Shown: positions 9,086 to 19,965 of the stretch, piece after piece
Layout of the letters: each line of letters opens with the position of its first letter
Position numbering within the stretch: the first letter of the stretch is position 1
Origin: Nitrosopumilus sp.
GTDB taxonomy: Archaea > Thermoproteota > Nitrososphaeria > Nitrososphaerales > Nitrosopumilaceae
Direction: 5' to 3'
Length of the DNA: 64,000 nucleotides
Assembly: GCA_965224195.1 (NCBI GenBank)
Contig: OZ245040.1
Coordinates: 1-64,000, forward strand
Program-made: the position numbers and the translations under genes
Notes under the pieces: generated by a model
Databases searched by the model: none
Seen by the model: only the letters and a program-made list of their open reading frames with translations
Told to the model about the DNA's origin: nothing

Positions 9086-10021
9086 ATGAAAATTATTCAA
9101 ATTGGAACCGGAGGATGGGGAAAGAACCATACAAGAATATTATCACAATTAGGAGTGCTAGTAGCTGTATGTGATGCAGATTCTCAAAAAAGTAAAGAAT
9201 ATGGAGAAAAATATTCTGTTAATCACTATACATCATTAGATGAATTACTATCTGCAGAAGAATTTGATGGTGCATTTGTAGTAACTCCTACATCAACTCA
9301 TACTGCAATTGCACAAAAATTACTAGAAGCAAAAAAACATGTCTTTGTTGAAAAACCAATGACGTACAAATCTGAAGATGGACAAAATCTTGTTAAAATT
9401 GCAGAAAAAAATAAAGTTATTCTAACTTGTGGGTATATTGAAAGATTCAATCCCGCAGTTGACGTAGTAAAAAATATGGTCAAAGAGAAAAAATATGGTG
9501 ATTTGGTAATGCTTGAATTTCACAGAGAAAATAGAATGCCTCTACACATCAAAGATGTGGGAATAATTTATGACACATCAGTTCATGACATTGATACTGC
9601 AAATTGGTTGTTTGATGAAATGCCTCAAGTGGTATTTGCCAGAGCAGGGAAAATAAAACATGAACACGAAGATTTCACAAGTATTATGTTAGGATACAAA
9701 AATGATAAAGTTGCAATCATATCATCAAACTGGGTTACACCTAAAAAATTAAGGAAATTTAATGCTGTGTGTGCAGATGCAATTATTTCATCTGATTTTA
9801 TCACCCAAGAAATTGTTGTAGAAAAAGATGAAGAGTCAAAAACTATACAAAATGAAAAACAAGAACCATTGTTATTAGAAATTCAAAGTTTTCTTGGAGC
9901 AATTGAAGATAAAAATGACCAAGTTGTAAAATCTCAAGAAGCAGTAAATGTTACAAAAATTGCAGAAGCTGCACTTTTATCTAGTCAAAAAGGAATCCCT
10001 ATCTATCTGGATCTAAAATGA
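9086..10021 (+). CDS. Gfo/Idh/MocA family oxidoreductase (nucleotide-sugar dehydrogenase-like)
   Basis: IGTGGWG Rossmann motif, HVFVEKP, ERFNPAV, DTSVHDID. Confidence 0.9.
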   Translation: MKIIQIGTGGWGKNHTRILSQLGVLVAVCDADSQKSKEYGEKYSVNHYTSLDELLSAEEFDGAFVVTPTSTHTAIAQKLLEAKKHVFVEKPMTYKSEDGQNLVKIAEKNKVILTCGYIERFNPAVDVVKNMVKEKKYGDLVMLEFHRENRMPLHIKDVGIIYDTSVHDIDTANWLFDEMPQVVFARAGKIKHEHEDFTSIMLGYKNDKVAIISSNWVTPKKLRKFNAVCADAIISSDFITQEIVVEKDEESKTIQNEKQEPLLLEIQSFLGAIEDKNDQVVKSQEAVNVTKIAEAALLSSQKGIPIYLDLK

Positions 10022-10287
10022 ACAAAACTATGATGGATATTTTGGCTTGCCCTATTGACAAAACTCATCCTTTAGAATTATTTGAAATAAAGGAAAAAGA
10101 CAATGTTGTTTCCGAAGGTGCAATTTTTTGCCCAAAATGTTCTAGATTCTACCCAATAATAGAGGAAATTCCAATAATGCTGCCAGATGAACTTCGTGAT
10201 AAGAAACAAGAAATAGAATTTCTAAAAAACTTCAAGGATAAATTACCTGAAAAAATTATTACAAAGGCAAACCCATGGCACTTGTGA
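10018..10287 (+). CDS. Trm112-family methyltransferase activator
   Basis: DILACPIDK...CPKCSRFYPIIEEIPIML. Confidence 0.9.
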   Translation: MNKTMMDILACPIDKTHPLELFEIKEKDNVVSEGAIFCPKCSRFYPIIEEIPIMLPDELRDKKQEIEFLKNFKDKLPEKIITKANPWHL

Positions 10288-10291
10288 GATA

Positions 10292-10768
10292 ATGGTTAGT
10301 AATTTTATTTCAGAGAAAGCAATAATTGGTGAGAATGTTAAGATTTGGCATTTTTCATACATTGGCGATAATGCAGAGATTGGAAATAATGTCAGTGTTG
10401 GTGCTCTAGCACATATTGATTATGATGTAAAAATTGGAGAGAATACAAGGATTGAGGGTCAAGCGTACATACCACCACTTTCAAGAATTGGGAAAAATGT
10501 GTTCATTGGACCTGCAGTAGTATTAACAAATGATCCTTATCCAATGTGCAATAAAATGATAGGAGTTACAATTGAAGATAATGCAATAATTGGTGCACGT
10601 GCAGTAATCAAAGCAGGGGTCACCGTAGGAAAAAATAGTGTTGTTGCAATGGGGGCAATTGTAACAAAAAATGTTCCTGAAAATACAGTTGTGATTGGAG
10701 CACCAGCTTCAATTAGATATAGTAGAGAAGAGTACGACAAGAAACAAAGACAGTGGAAAGAAAGTTAA
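10292..10768 (+). CDS. Hexapeptide-repeat N-acetyltransferase (WbpD-like)
   Basis: IGENVKIWHF, FIGPAVVLTND and left-handed beta-helix repeats. Confidence 0.88.
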   Translation: MVSNFISEKAIIGENVKIWHFSYIGDNAEIGNNVSVGALAHIDYDVKIGENTRIEGQAYIPPLSRIGKNVFIGPAVVLTNDPYPMCNKMIGVTIEDNAIIGARAVIKAGVTVGKNSVVAMGAIVTKNVPENTVVIGAPASIRYSREEYDKKQRQWKES

Positions 10769-10995
10769 AGTTTAATTTCTTTTTTGAATATCCAATTCTT
10801 TATCTTTGATAAAATTAAAACCCAAATTACAACAAGAACTATTGCGATGGCAGCTTTAATTACAGATGCAATAAACCAATCAAATTCTCCAAATCCTGAA
10901 ATTGAAATTGGTCCTAGAATAGTAACTATAATTCCACCACCTACAATTATCAACCCCCACATTGCAAACAGGAAAGTGAATAGTCCAGATTTCAA
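10765..10995 (-). CDS. Small two-TM membrane protein
   Basis: Two hydrophobic helices; 4-bp overlap with the upstream gene. Confidence 0.7.
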   Translation of the reverse strand: MKSGLFTFLFAMWGLIIVGGGIIVTILGPISISGFGEFDWFIASVIKAAIAIVLVVIWVLILSKIKNWIFKKEIKL

Positions 10996-11984
10996 AGTGA
11001 TACTCCCATCATAAATGCAGTAATCACTGCTAAAATTCCTGAAAATATTGTTAGTTTAAAAATTGCATATCCTACATGTTTTTCAGACATTGGTCCACCT
11101 GCAAGAATCAGTCTAACCAAAGTAACTGGTGCCTTTTTGTCATCAGTTGCCGTTAGTAGAAAATCTTCAGTATGCTCTACAGATTTTCCCTTGATTTGCC
11201 TATGCTCGACAACCCGTTTTACGCTTGATAGGAACAAAAATGAGTTAATTACTGCAGGCAAAAGTGCAACTGCGGCGATTATTTCAACACCACCTACAAT
11301 TGCAATAGCACCATACATGGCACCTAGGGTTAATGCTCCAGAATCTCCAGGAAATATTTTACTTGGAACTTTGTGATATTTGTAAAATGCTAATGAAACA
11401 AACCCAAGTGGCAAACTTACAATTGCAATTTCATAGTTTTGTACAATGAACAAACAAATAGACAAAGAGAAACTGGCAATTACCATAAATCCACTTGCAA
11501 CACCATTTAGAACATCAATAGAATTTATTGTATTTCCAGTAATTGGGATCATGAATATAATTAATGCAAGATACAAAACAGGAATTTGCACTGTTCCAAA
11601 TAATGGAAATGCAAGATCAGTGTCATATGTACCAAGTGCAATAATTGGAATTGCAGCAATTGCTAGTGCAAGTGGCTTAAACCATCCACCCATTACTTTT
11701 CTATCATCTACATATCCGATAACACATGCAGTAGATGTTGTAATTAGTATAGCAAGAATTTCATTCATTTGTAAAAATGCATAAAGAACTAGTTCTGATG
11801 TAATGATTCCTACAAGAATAACAGGGCCGCCAGGTCTTACTACCATCACATCTTCTTTTTTGTTCACGTCTTTTACTGCAAAATTTCTTTTTTCTAAAAT
11901 TTTGATTAAAGGTGGAGTCATAAAAAATACTACAAAGAATGCAACAATGCAAGAAATTATTGCGGGAATCAATAAATCAATCAA
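10992..11984 (-). CDS. Glycosyltransferase family 4 / MraY-like polyprenol-phosphate HexNAc-1-phosphate transferase (AglH-like)
   Basis: GYVDD, NSIDVLNG and FPGDSG motifs; multiple TM helices. Confidence 0.9.
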   Translation of the reverse strand: MIDLLIPAIISCIVAFFVVFFMTPPLIKILEKRNFAVKDVNKKEDVMVVRPGGPVILVGIITSELVLYAFLQMNEILAILITTSTACVIGYVDDRKVMGGWFKPLALAIAAIPIIALGTYDTDLAFPLFGTVQIPVLYLALIIFMIPITGNTINSIDVLNGVASGFMVIASFSLSICLFIVQNYEIAIVSLPLGFVSLAFYKYHKVPSKIFPGDSGALTLGAMYGAIAIVGGVEIIAAVALLPAVINSFLFLSSVKRVVEHRQIKGKSVEHTEDFLLTATDDKKAPVTLVRLILAGGPMSEKHVGYAIFKLTIFSGILAVITAFMMGVSL

Positions 11985-14111
11985 TTATCTAACCTTTCGT
12001 AACTCTGCCTTTATGTTATCTGCAATGGTTGAACCAATTTTATCAATTTCTGCCAATTTATTCACCGGGATTTTTCTCAAATCATCCAGATTCTTTATTC
12101 CATGTTTGGATAGAATTCTAGCTCTAACTCTTCCAATGCCCTTAACTCTGACTAAATCAAGCAGTTCCTCTCTAATTCCATAAACTATTCTATTTCTCAA
12201 ATCACTCAATTCTTCAAGCAAATCTACCCTCTCAATGTGCTTGGATATCTCCCTAAGACAATAGGATAGCCAATTTGCATTCTCAGTCATTCTATGCATA
12301 TCTCCTGACTCAATTCCAAGGCTATCTGAGAGAGATAATTCAGTAGATTCAGTAATCCAAGATTGTAATGCCAAAAGACTTCTTGAGCAATCATATTCAG
12401 ATATTGGCTCTAAGAGTTGTGATGAATGATTATCTATCATCAAACTTGCAGTCTCATAATCTTTCTGTCGCAACGAGAACTTTGGAAAAAACTCTTCACA
12501 GTTTGTAATCATGTGTAAAAATCCAAAAGTGTGTTTTTTTTCTTGGGATATATTTTCAATTGAATCTCTAAAATATGTTGCAGTTAATGGATCAATATAC
12601 AACATTGATGTTTTTTTTCCAAATTCAGTAGCTGCATATCTTTCACCTTTTTTAATAATTAAAAACTTACTTGCAAGAAAACGCAATGAAATATCAATTG
12701 CAAATTTTATTGTTGGTTTTCTTGATTGTAATCCACCCAATGTTTGTAAAAAAAATTCTAGAATCTCTTCTTTTTTAATTCCTGGATGTGTGACTATGAC
12801 ACTTAAAATATGAGTTCGTAAAGATTTATCATCTGTAATTTTAGATACGATTGGTTCTGGTTCTCCATTAATGTAATACTCTATTAGATCTTCTGTATTG
12901 CCTTTTCCAACAATAATTGATTCCCCATAATCATCGTATTGTGGTCTTCCAGCTCTGCCACAAAGTTGTTTGTATTCTAAAATACTAATCGGTCTGTTAG
13001 CACCAACTTTGGCATTATACCTGTTAATGTTAGATATTACAACTCGTCTTGCTGGAAGATTAACACCTGCAGCTAAAGTTGGGGTAGATGATAATAGTTT
13101 GATTGTACCTTTACGAAATTCTGCCTCTATGGTTTCTCTGCATTTTTGATTTAGTCCTGCATGGTGAAATGCAACTCCTTTTTTTACCAGTAACGCTAAT
13201 GTCTTGACGATTTCAGTATGTTCATTTTCGGATAAGAGTTTTTTTGATGTTTTTTCTAGTTCTGTAATTTCTTTTTTTTCTAATATCTGAAATATTGCAT
13301 CTGCTGCTTTTGTTGCAAGCGATTTTGAACGAGTTCTAGTCTCTGCAAAAACTAGAGATTGACCTCCTTGATGTACTGATTGTACGCCTAAATCAATGGG
13401 GGTTCCCATTAAACTACGCTCAACTTCAAAGATTTTACCATCACTCATTGTAACTTGACCTTCATCACAGACTCCTTCAGAAAGTGGAACAGGTCTCCAG
13501 TCATTTTTTACTAGTTTGCATGCAAGCCAATCTGCAATCTCATCAGAATTTGTAATCGTTGCACTAAGACCTACAATCTGAGGTTTTGTTTCTAATAATT
13601 TGAGTTGTGTAAGAATCATCTCAAGTGTTGGACCTCTATTCTCATCTCCAATCAAGTGAACTTCATCAGAGATTACCAAACCAATTTCATCAACCCATTC
13701 AGCACCATGTCTAATTATAGAATCCATTTTTTCATTTGTTAAAATTAACACACTGCTTTTTTCCAAGTTTTTTTCAATATTTTCAAAGTCACCTGTGGAT
13801 ATTGCAACTTTTACTTTATTGCCTAGAGCAACTTTTTCCAATTTTTTAAATTCTGAAAACTTTTCAGCAGCTAATGCACGTAACGGGCTAAGATAGATTA
13901 CCTTCCCTTTATTATTTGATAAATAACTCAACATTGCAAGCATTGCAATCAAAGTTTTTCCACTTGCAGTAGGGGCAGATACTAGAATGCTTTGTCCATC
14001 TAGTAATCCAGACTTTACACTATCAGCTTGTGGAGGATATAATTTTGTAAAACCTTGTGATTTGAGAAATTCAATTGCTGATTCTGAAAGTTTTAGTTTA
14101 TCTATATTCAT
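11985..14111 (-). CDS. hel308: Ski2-like DNA helicase Hel308
   Basis: APTASGKT, DEVH, SAT, FHHAGL, TLAAGVNLPA, QLCGRAGRP and a C-terminal HhH. Confidence 0.93.
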   Translation of the reverse strand: MNIDKLKLSESAIEFLKSQGFTKLYPPQADSVKSGLLDGQSILVSAPTASGKTLIAMLAMLSYLSNNKGKVIYLSPLRALAAEKFSEFKKLEKVALGNKVKVAISTGDFENIEKNLEKSSVLILTNEKMDSIIRHGAEWVDEIGLVISDEVHLIGDENRGPTLEMILTQLKLLETKPQIVGLSATITNSDEIADWLACKLVKNDWRPVPLSEGVCDEGQVTMSDGKIFEVERSLMGTPIDLGVQSVHQGGQSLVFAETRTRSKSLATKAADAIFQILEKKEITELEKTSKKLLSENEHTEIVKTLALLVKKGVAFHHAGLNQKCRETIEAEFRKGTIKLLSSTPTLAAGVNLPARRVVISNINRYNAKVGANRPISILEYKQLCGRAGRPQYDDYGESIIVGKGNTEDLIEYYINGEPEPIVSKITDDKSLRTHILSVIVTHPGIKKEEILEFFLQTLGGLQSRKPTIKFAIDISLRFLASKFLIIKKGERYAATEFGKKTSMLYIDPLTATYFRDSIENISQEKKHTFGFLHMITNCEEFFPKFSLRQKDYETASLMIDNHSSQLLEPISEYDCSRSLLALQSWITESTELSLSDSLGIESGDMHRMTENANWLSYCLREISKHIERVDLLEELSDLRNRIVYGIREELLDLVRVKGIGRVRARILSKHGIKNLDDLRKIPVNKLAEIDKIGSTIADNIKAELRKVR

Positions 14112-16189
14112 ACTCGGTTATAGTGACCGGGTTTTGATTCATAAATAGATGCTTCTCTAAGCATTCTTCTGATATAGTTTCTTGCCTCTTCTTCAGTGAA
14201 TTTTTCACTCTTTTCTAGCTCTTTTACAAATGTTTTCTCTTCAACTGGAACTTTGTTATCCCCTTCAAGACCCTTGAGAACGTCCATGAATAATTGCATC
14301 TTGGAAACCTCACTTCTTGGTTTTCCTTGTAATACACCAAGATCGACTTTGCCAGTATTAACATCAACTCCTGCATCTTGAAGCATACTCTGAATTAGGA
14401 ATATTGCACGATCAGCATCTTCCTCATCCACTTTATCTTTCATGAGTAACCTTGCCCTGGCAGTTGAAAGTCTGATAATTCCCTCTAACTGTCGAGGAGT
14501 AACTGTAATCATTTCCTCAGATTCTACATTTCTCATTTGAAGATAGTAATCAAGAATTTTAGTCTCAGCTTCGGGTGTTAATTCAGGCTCTCCACGTTTT
14601 GCATATGATAGATATTTTGTTAGTAAATCAACTTCAATGACAGATTTTTTGTCTGTACCTTTTGTACTATTTCTTTGAATAATGTGCTTTGCAATCATCA
14701 TATCTCTTTCTTTAGTTGGAATATCTCGAACTACAAAGATCAAGTCAAATCTTGTAAGCAGTGGAATTGGTAAATTTACATTTTCTGTAATATTTTTGAA
14801 AGGATCATACTTTCCATACATAGGGTTTGCTGCAGCCAAAATTGAGGTTCTTGCGTTTAGTGTAGCTACAATACCACCTTTTGCAATACTTGCAGACTGT
14901 TGTTCCATAACTTCGTGCAATGCACTTCTGTCTTCAGGTTTCATCTTGTCAAATTCGTCTATACTTACAAGACCTTGATCACCTAATACAACTGCACCAG
15001 CTTCTAACATCATGATTCCAGTTTTGTCTCGAACTACGGCAGCTGTAAGACCAGCAGCTGTAGAACCTCTGCCAGATGTATACAAACCTCTTGGTGCAAT
15101 TCTTGCACAAAACTTTAGCATTTCAGATTTTGCAGTACCAGGGTCTCCAACTAAAAATACGTTAATGTCTCCTCTAATCTTACTTCCATCACCAAGTATT
15201 CTTTGGTTAGAACCAACAATTAGTAATAAAATAGCTTCTTTGATTAATGATTGACCTTTAATGTGTGGTGCAAATGAATCAATTAATCTTTGATAAACAT
15301 CAGAGCTTTGACTGAGCGATTTGATTAGCTTTTCTTCTTCAGGTGAAATTTCTTCTCTGCCAATTTTTCTATCAGTTTTAGAACCACGTCCACTCAAAAA
15401 TTCAATATTATTCCCTTCAATTCTTAATCGGTATAACCCACTGTGTCCTCTCTGAACTCCTGCAACTGACTCTTGCTCAACTCGTACCACACCAGTTAGA
15501 ATAATTCGGTCTCCAGGTCTTGAGTTATCTACTAAATCCTGCCTAGTTGTGACATCAATATAGTGGGGTAATTGTCCAGGAGGTAAATCTTCAGGAAGTT
15601 CTTGTAATCTCAAAATTTGAAAATCAATAAACTTGCTAGATTCAGGTTTTAATTCAAAGTCTCGGTGTTTGCAACTAGGATTATCACAGACAATTGGCAT
15701 TTTAACATCCATACCCTTTAGTTGAATTACTTTTGTTGGGTGTTCATCAGGACATACAAAGACTAGTTCTTTTGCAAGAGGTTTTACCTCAGATGCTCTT
15801 ACCACCATTCCTGAAACACTTGTAATCTTTCCAATAGTTTCAGCAGTGATTTGTCTTAGACTTCTCTCTAATGGGAAATTAATTAATCTAACACGAACCT
15901 CGTCTTTAATTTTTTCTGCATATTCAGAGAATCTTGTTTGAAGTGCTTCTTTTATTGCTCTTCCAAATGCATCAAATAGTCTGTCAGGGTTTTGTGAAAA
16001 TATAACTTCAATTTGTGGCTCTATTACCAAATCATTGTAATCAACGATAATATATTTTGCATTCTTTGGCATCATCTCATCGATTGCATCTACATACTTG
16101 TAATTGCCATTCCTATCTTTGAATCGAGTTAAGAATTCTTTTACTTTATCTGATAAAGCAGAATCTGTAAATGTACTAGCTTGAGCCAT
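14108..16189 (-). CDS. mcm: Replicative helicase MCM
   Basis: GDPGTAKS, IDEFDKM, HEVMEQQ, TRFDL; no intein. Confidence 0.97.
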   Translation of the reverse strand: MAQASTFTDSALSDKVKEFLTRFKDRNGNYKYVDAIDEMMPKNAKYIIVDYNDLVIEPQIEVIFSQNPDRLFDAFGRAIKEALQTRFSEYAEKIKDEVRVRLINFPLERSLRQITAETIGKITSVSGMVVRASEVKPLAKELVFVCPDEHPTKVIQLKGMDVKMPIVCDNPSCKHRDFELKPESSKFIDFQILRLQELPEDLPPGQLPHYIDVTTRQDLVDNSRPGDRIILTGVVRVEQESVAGVQRGHSGLYRLRIEGNNIEFLSGRGSKTDRKIGREEISPEEEKLIKSLSQSSDVYQRLIDSFAPHIKGQSLIKEAILLLIVGSNQRILGDGSKIRGDINVFLVGDPGTAKSEMLKFCARIAPRGLYTSGRGSTAAGLTAAVVRDKTGIMMLEAGAVVLGDQGLVSIDEFDKMKPEDRSALHEVMEQQSASIAKGGIVATLNARTSILAAANPMYGKYDPFKNITENVNLPIPLLTRFDLIFVVRDIPTKERDMMIAKHIIQRNSTKGTDKKSVIEVDLLTKYLSYAKRGEPELTPEAETKILDYYLQMRNVESEEMITVTPRQLEGIIRLSTARARLLMKDKVDEEDADRAIFLIQSMLQDAGVDVNTGKVDLGVLQGKPRSEVSKMQLFMDVLKGLEGDNKVPVEEKTFVKELEKSEKFTEEEARNYIRRMLREASIYESKPGHYNRV

Positions 16190-16706
16190 GCTCGTTTCGT
16201 TCTCCTCTTATCTGGTTTTCAAACTCTACACTGTTTTCATGAATTGTTTTGTAAAAGATATTTTCCTCAACAGTTAGTTTGTTGTATAGTTCTGAATTGA
16301 GTTTGATAGAATCTGCAATCTTTACTAGTTTACCTCTTCTCATTCTAAATAATTCCAACATCATACTTTCAACTTTATCAAAATCATCTTTGTTTAGTTC
16401 GCTCATTGATTCTTTGAGCTTTATGTAAAAATGAGGTTCAAGTGTAGAGATTTGATATTCGCCAACCATCTTTTCTTTTGATAGAGCTTGTTTTAGTTGC
16501 GTTATCATATCTGGAGAATTTAATGTCCCTATTTTATTTTCTGAGAGGATTTTTCCTATCCATTGAGGCATGTTGTTTGTATCCCCTTGAGTACCCTCAA
16601 TTTTCATACCTGCAACATTATATTTGAAATCTTGATTAATCGTAACTTTAGCATCCTTTAGGCGATATCCAATTGAATGCACTTTTTCTACTTTGTCTAT
16701 TTCCAT
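16176..16706 (-). CDS. GINS complex subunit (Gins23-like)
   Basis: Immediately upstream of mcm; MPQWIG, LEPHFY and RRGKL features. Confidence 0.8.
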   Translation of the reverse strand: MEIDKVEKVHSIGYRLKDAKVTINQDFKYNVAGMKIEGTQGDTNNMPQWIGKILSENKIGTLNSPDMITQLKQALSKEKMVGEYQISTLEPHFYIKLKESMSELNKDDFDKVESMMLELFRMRRGKLVKIADSIKLNSELYNKLTVEENIFYKTIHENSVEFENQIRGERNEHGSS

Positions 16707-16888
16707 TTGAGATCACTTTTTCTGATTTAGATCCTCAAGTACCGGATCGATCAATTCTGTTAACAATTTGGTTAGATCAATTGATCCTAATTAATTTCAG
16801 GCTGATCGCATGTAATTATGCTAAATTTTGATTTTAATATGAGGCATATGACAATAACCAATTCGGATTTATTAATGGGATTTAGTCT

Positions 16889-17848
16889 TTGTTACTTATG
16901 ACTGCAACTGGAATGTGGGTAGAAAAATATCGACCAGAAAAACTTTCCGAAGTTGTAAACCAAACAGAAATCATTGGCAGTCTGGAAGCTTTAATCAAAG
17001 ATCCAACAGATATGCCACACTTGATGTTTTCAGGTTCTGCAGGTGTTGGAAAGACCACTACAGCTCTATGTCTTGCAAGACAAATTTTAGGAGATTATGC
17101 TAAAGACTACACATTAGAGCTAAATGCATCTGATGAGAGAGGAATAGGGATGGTTAGAGAGAAAGTAAAGAAATTCTCAAGATTTGCAGGAATGGTTGAT
17201 GTTCCATTCAAAATTATCATTTTAGATGAAGCTGATGAGATGACAAATGATGCACAAACAGCATTGAGACGAATCATAGAAGATACCGCAAAAATATGCA
17301 GATTTATTTTCATAGCAAATAATATTTCAAAAATTATAGACCCAATTCAGAGTAGATGTGCTACCTTCAAATTTACAACAATTTCTGAAGAAGACATAAT
17401 TGGAAGACTAGAAGAGATTGCCAAAAAAGAGAAAGTGAAAACTGACAAAAATGGTCTCAAAGCAATTTATGATTATTCTGAAGGGGATTTGAGACATGCA
17501 ATCAACTTGATGCAAGCAACAGCAAGTCTTGGTGGAATTACAGAAGAGAATGTAATATCTTCAGCAGGATTGACAAAAACTTCTGATGTTGATGAAGTTC
17601 TAAAAATTGCATTATCTGGAAAAGTTCCAGAAGCTAGAGAAAAAATGATAGAGTTAATCAAAGTTTACGGAATGTCAGAATCAGATTTTCTAAAATATAT
17701 CAACTCTGCAGTATTCAAATCAAAACATGAAAAACTAGCAGATATTTTAGAGATAATTGCAAAGTATGATTATAGAGTTTTAGTTGGAGCAAATTCTGAA
17801 ATTCAACTATCTGCAATGTTGGCAGAACTAGCTAAAGTAGAAAATTAA
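16889..17848 (+). CDS. rfcS: Replication factor C small subunit
   Basis: WVEKYRP, GSAGVGKTT, ELNASDERG, LDEADEMT, IQSRC. Confidence 0.96.
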   Translation: MLLMTATGMWVEKYRPEKLSEVVNQTEIIGSLEALIKDPTDMPHLMFSGSAGVGKTTTALCLARQILGDYAKDYTLELNASDERGIGMVREKVKKFSRFAGMVDVPFKIIILDEADEMTNDAQTALRRIIEDTAKICRFIFIANNISKIIDPIQSRCATFKFTTISEEDIIGRLEEIAKKEKVKTDKNGLKAIYDYSEGDLRHAINLMQATASLGGITEENVISSAGLTKTSDVDEVLKIALSGKVPEAREKMIELIKVYGMSESDFLKYINSAVFKSKHEKLADILEIIAKYDYRVLVGANSEIQLSAMLAELAKVEN

Positions 17849-17850
17849 AG

Positions 17851-17934
17851 CGCAGAGAGGGGGATTTGAACCCCCGTGTCCTTGCGAACACAGGCTTTCA
17901 AGGCCCGCGCCCTACCGGGCTAGGCGACCTCTGC
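17851..17934 (-). tRNA. tRNA-Ser(TGA)
   Basis: Reverse complement GCAGAGGTCGCCTAGCCCGGTAGGGCGCGGGC-CTTGAAA-GCCTGTGTTCGCAAGGACACGGGGGTTCAAATCCCCCTCTCTGCG, with a long variable arm. Confidence 0.95.
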
Positions 17935-18007
17935 AAAAAATATTGTAGAAAAGCGGTTAAAATCTGTTGATGTAAAATAGAAAAATAAGAAAAAAGAAAA
18001 ATTTTCT

Positions 18008-18556
18008 TTAATCGTGTGCGTGAGGTCCGCCACCACTTGATGGCATTTTGACATATGTTCCTGCTGCCTTCTCATGCCATTCTTGATTTGATGCTTCAAT
18101 TCGAATAGCTCCTTCAGGACAGATTTCTTGACATGCCATACAGATTGTACAATCGTGTTCTCTGATTGGTTGTGATTTGTCTGTATAGTCTAATCTTTCA
18201 TCTTGTTCTGTAAGACCAGTACCTTCAAAAGTTTCACCTTTGCAAGCTGCAGCAGTAATATCTTTTTCAGTTCTGAACCATTGGAAGGTTTGAACGGGAC
18301 ATACACTCATGCATGAACCGGCTGCAACACATGAATCCCAATCAACTGCAACTGTAGTACCATGAATTCCTAAAGGAACTTGTTCTTCCCCTCGGTCTGC
18401 ATAGGCTGCTTTTACATCGTCGTTTGAGAATGCTGCACCATCTGTTCTTCCGTCACCCCAAATAAAGTGGAGATTCTCACCATCGGAATGGCTTGTTTTT
18501 CCAGTTGGTTTAACATCGTTGTGACAAAATTCTTCAGGTATTTGTAGATCTACCAT
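18008..18556 (-). CDS. 4Fe-4S ferredoxin (N-terminally extended type)
   Basis: CVAAGSCMSVCP and CTICMACQEICP. Confidence 0.9.
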   Translation of the reverse strand: MVDLQIPEEFCHNDVKPTGKTSHSDGENLHFIWGDGRTDGAAFSNDDVKAAYADRGEEQVPLGIHGTTVAVDWDSCVAAGSCMSVCPVQTFQWFRTEKDITAAACKGETFEGTGLTEQDERLDYTDKSQPIREHDCTICMACQEICPEGAIRIEASNQEWHEKAAGTYVKMPSSGGGPHAHD

Positions 18557-18660
18557 AATAACATATTTTTAGAATATTATTTAAAGCTAGAGAAAATTAG
18601 TTGGGACTAAATTAAAAAATAATATAAAAATCAAAAATTTCTAGGTTTAGATTCTAAAAA

Positions 18661-19188
<528 letters not shown>

Positions 19189-19299
19189 TTATTATTTAAA
19201 GCTAGATAGCTGTATTTTGAACAGACAAATAAGGAATCGATCAATTAGGAACAAAAAATTTCCTTACGTTCATAACGATCAAGTGTTAATTCTCTGGAT

Positions 19300-19965
19300 A
19301 TGGATATTATCAAGTATGATGTGTATAGGGGACCAAATCTTGGAGTATACATTACTGTCAACGATAGTATTGGTCTAGTTCCAATGGGGTTTGCTCAAAC
19401 TAAATCTGACAAGCTTGCAGAATATCTAGACATTGAAATTCATAATACTGCAATTGCAAACACTAGACTAATGGGTGCATTATCAGTTATGAACAATAAA
19501 GGAATCTTACTTCCAAATACTGCTTATCAAAATGAATATGATTATCTAAAAGCTGAAACGGATTTAGAAGTTGGTGTACTTGATACTAAATTTAATGCAT
19601 TAGGAAATGTAATCTGTGCAAATGATAAAGGAGCAGTTGTATCACCTTGGCTATCAAAACAAGATTGTCAAACAATTTCAGATATTTTAGGAGTAGAGGT
19701 AATTCAAAAAAAAATTGCAGGATTTAATCAGACAGGAGTAGTCCTTGTTGCAAATGCAACCGGTGCTGCAATCCACCCAGAAGCAGATGAGGAAGATATG
19801 AAGACCATAGCCAATGTATTAGACACAAAAATTGAACAGAGTTCCATCAATAATGGTATACCATACGTCTCATCTGGAATTTTAGTAAATAATCACTGTA
19901 TGGTTGTAGGTTCATTGACTAGTGGACCTGAGATTATGATGTTGACTAGGGCTTTTCTAAATTAA
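19300..19965 (+). CDS. eif6: Translation initiation factor 6 (aIF6)
   Basis: NLGVY, NALGNVICANDKGA, INNGIPYVSSG. Confidence 0.93.
   Translation: MDIIKYDVYRGPNLGVYITVNDSIGLVPMGFAQTKSDKLAEYLDIEIHNTAIANTRLMGALSVMNNKGILLPNTAYQNEYDYLKAETDLEVGVLDTKFNALGNVICANDKGAVVSPWLSKQDCQTISDILGVEVIQKKIAGFNQTGVVLVANATGAAIHPEADEEDMKTIANVLDTKIEQSSINNGIPYVSSGILVNNHCMVVGSLTSGPEIMMLTRAFLN

Noticed and set aside
14108-17848. Inteins in MCM or RFC
   Set aside because: Protein lengths are normal and the motifs are contiguous.
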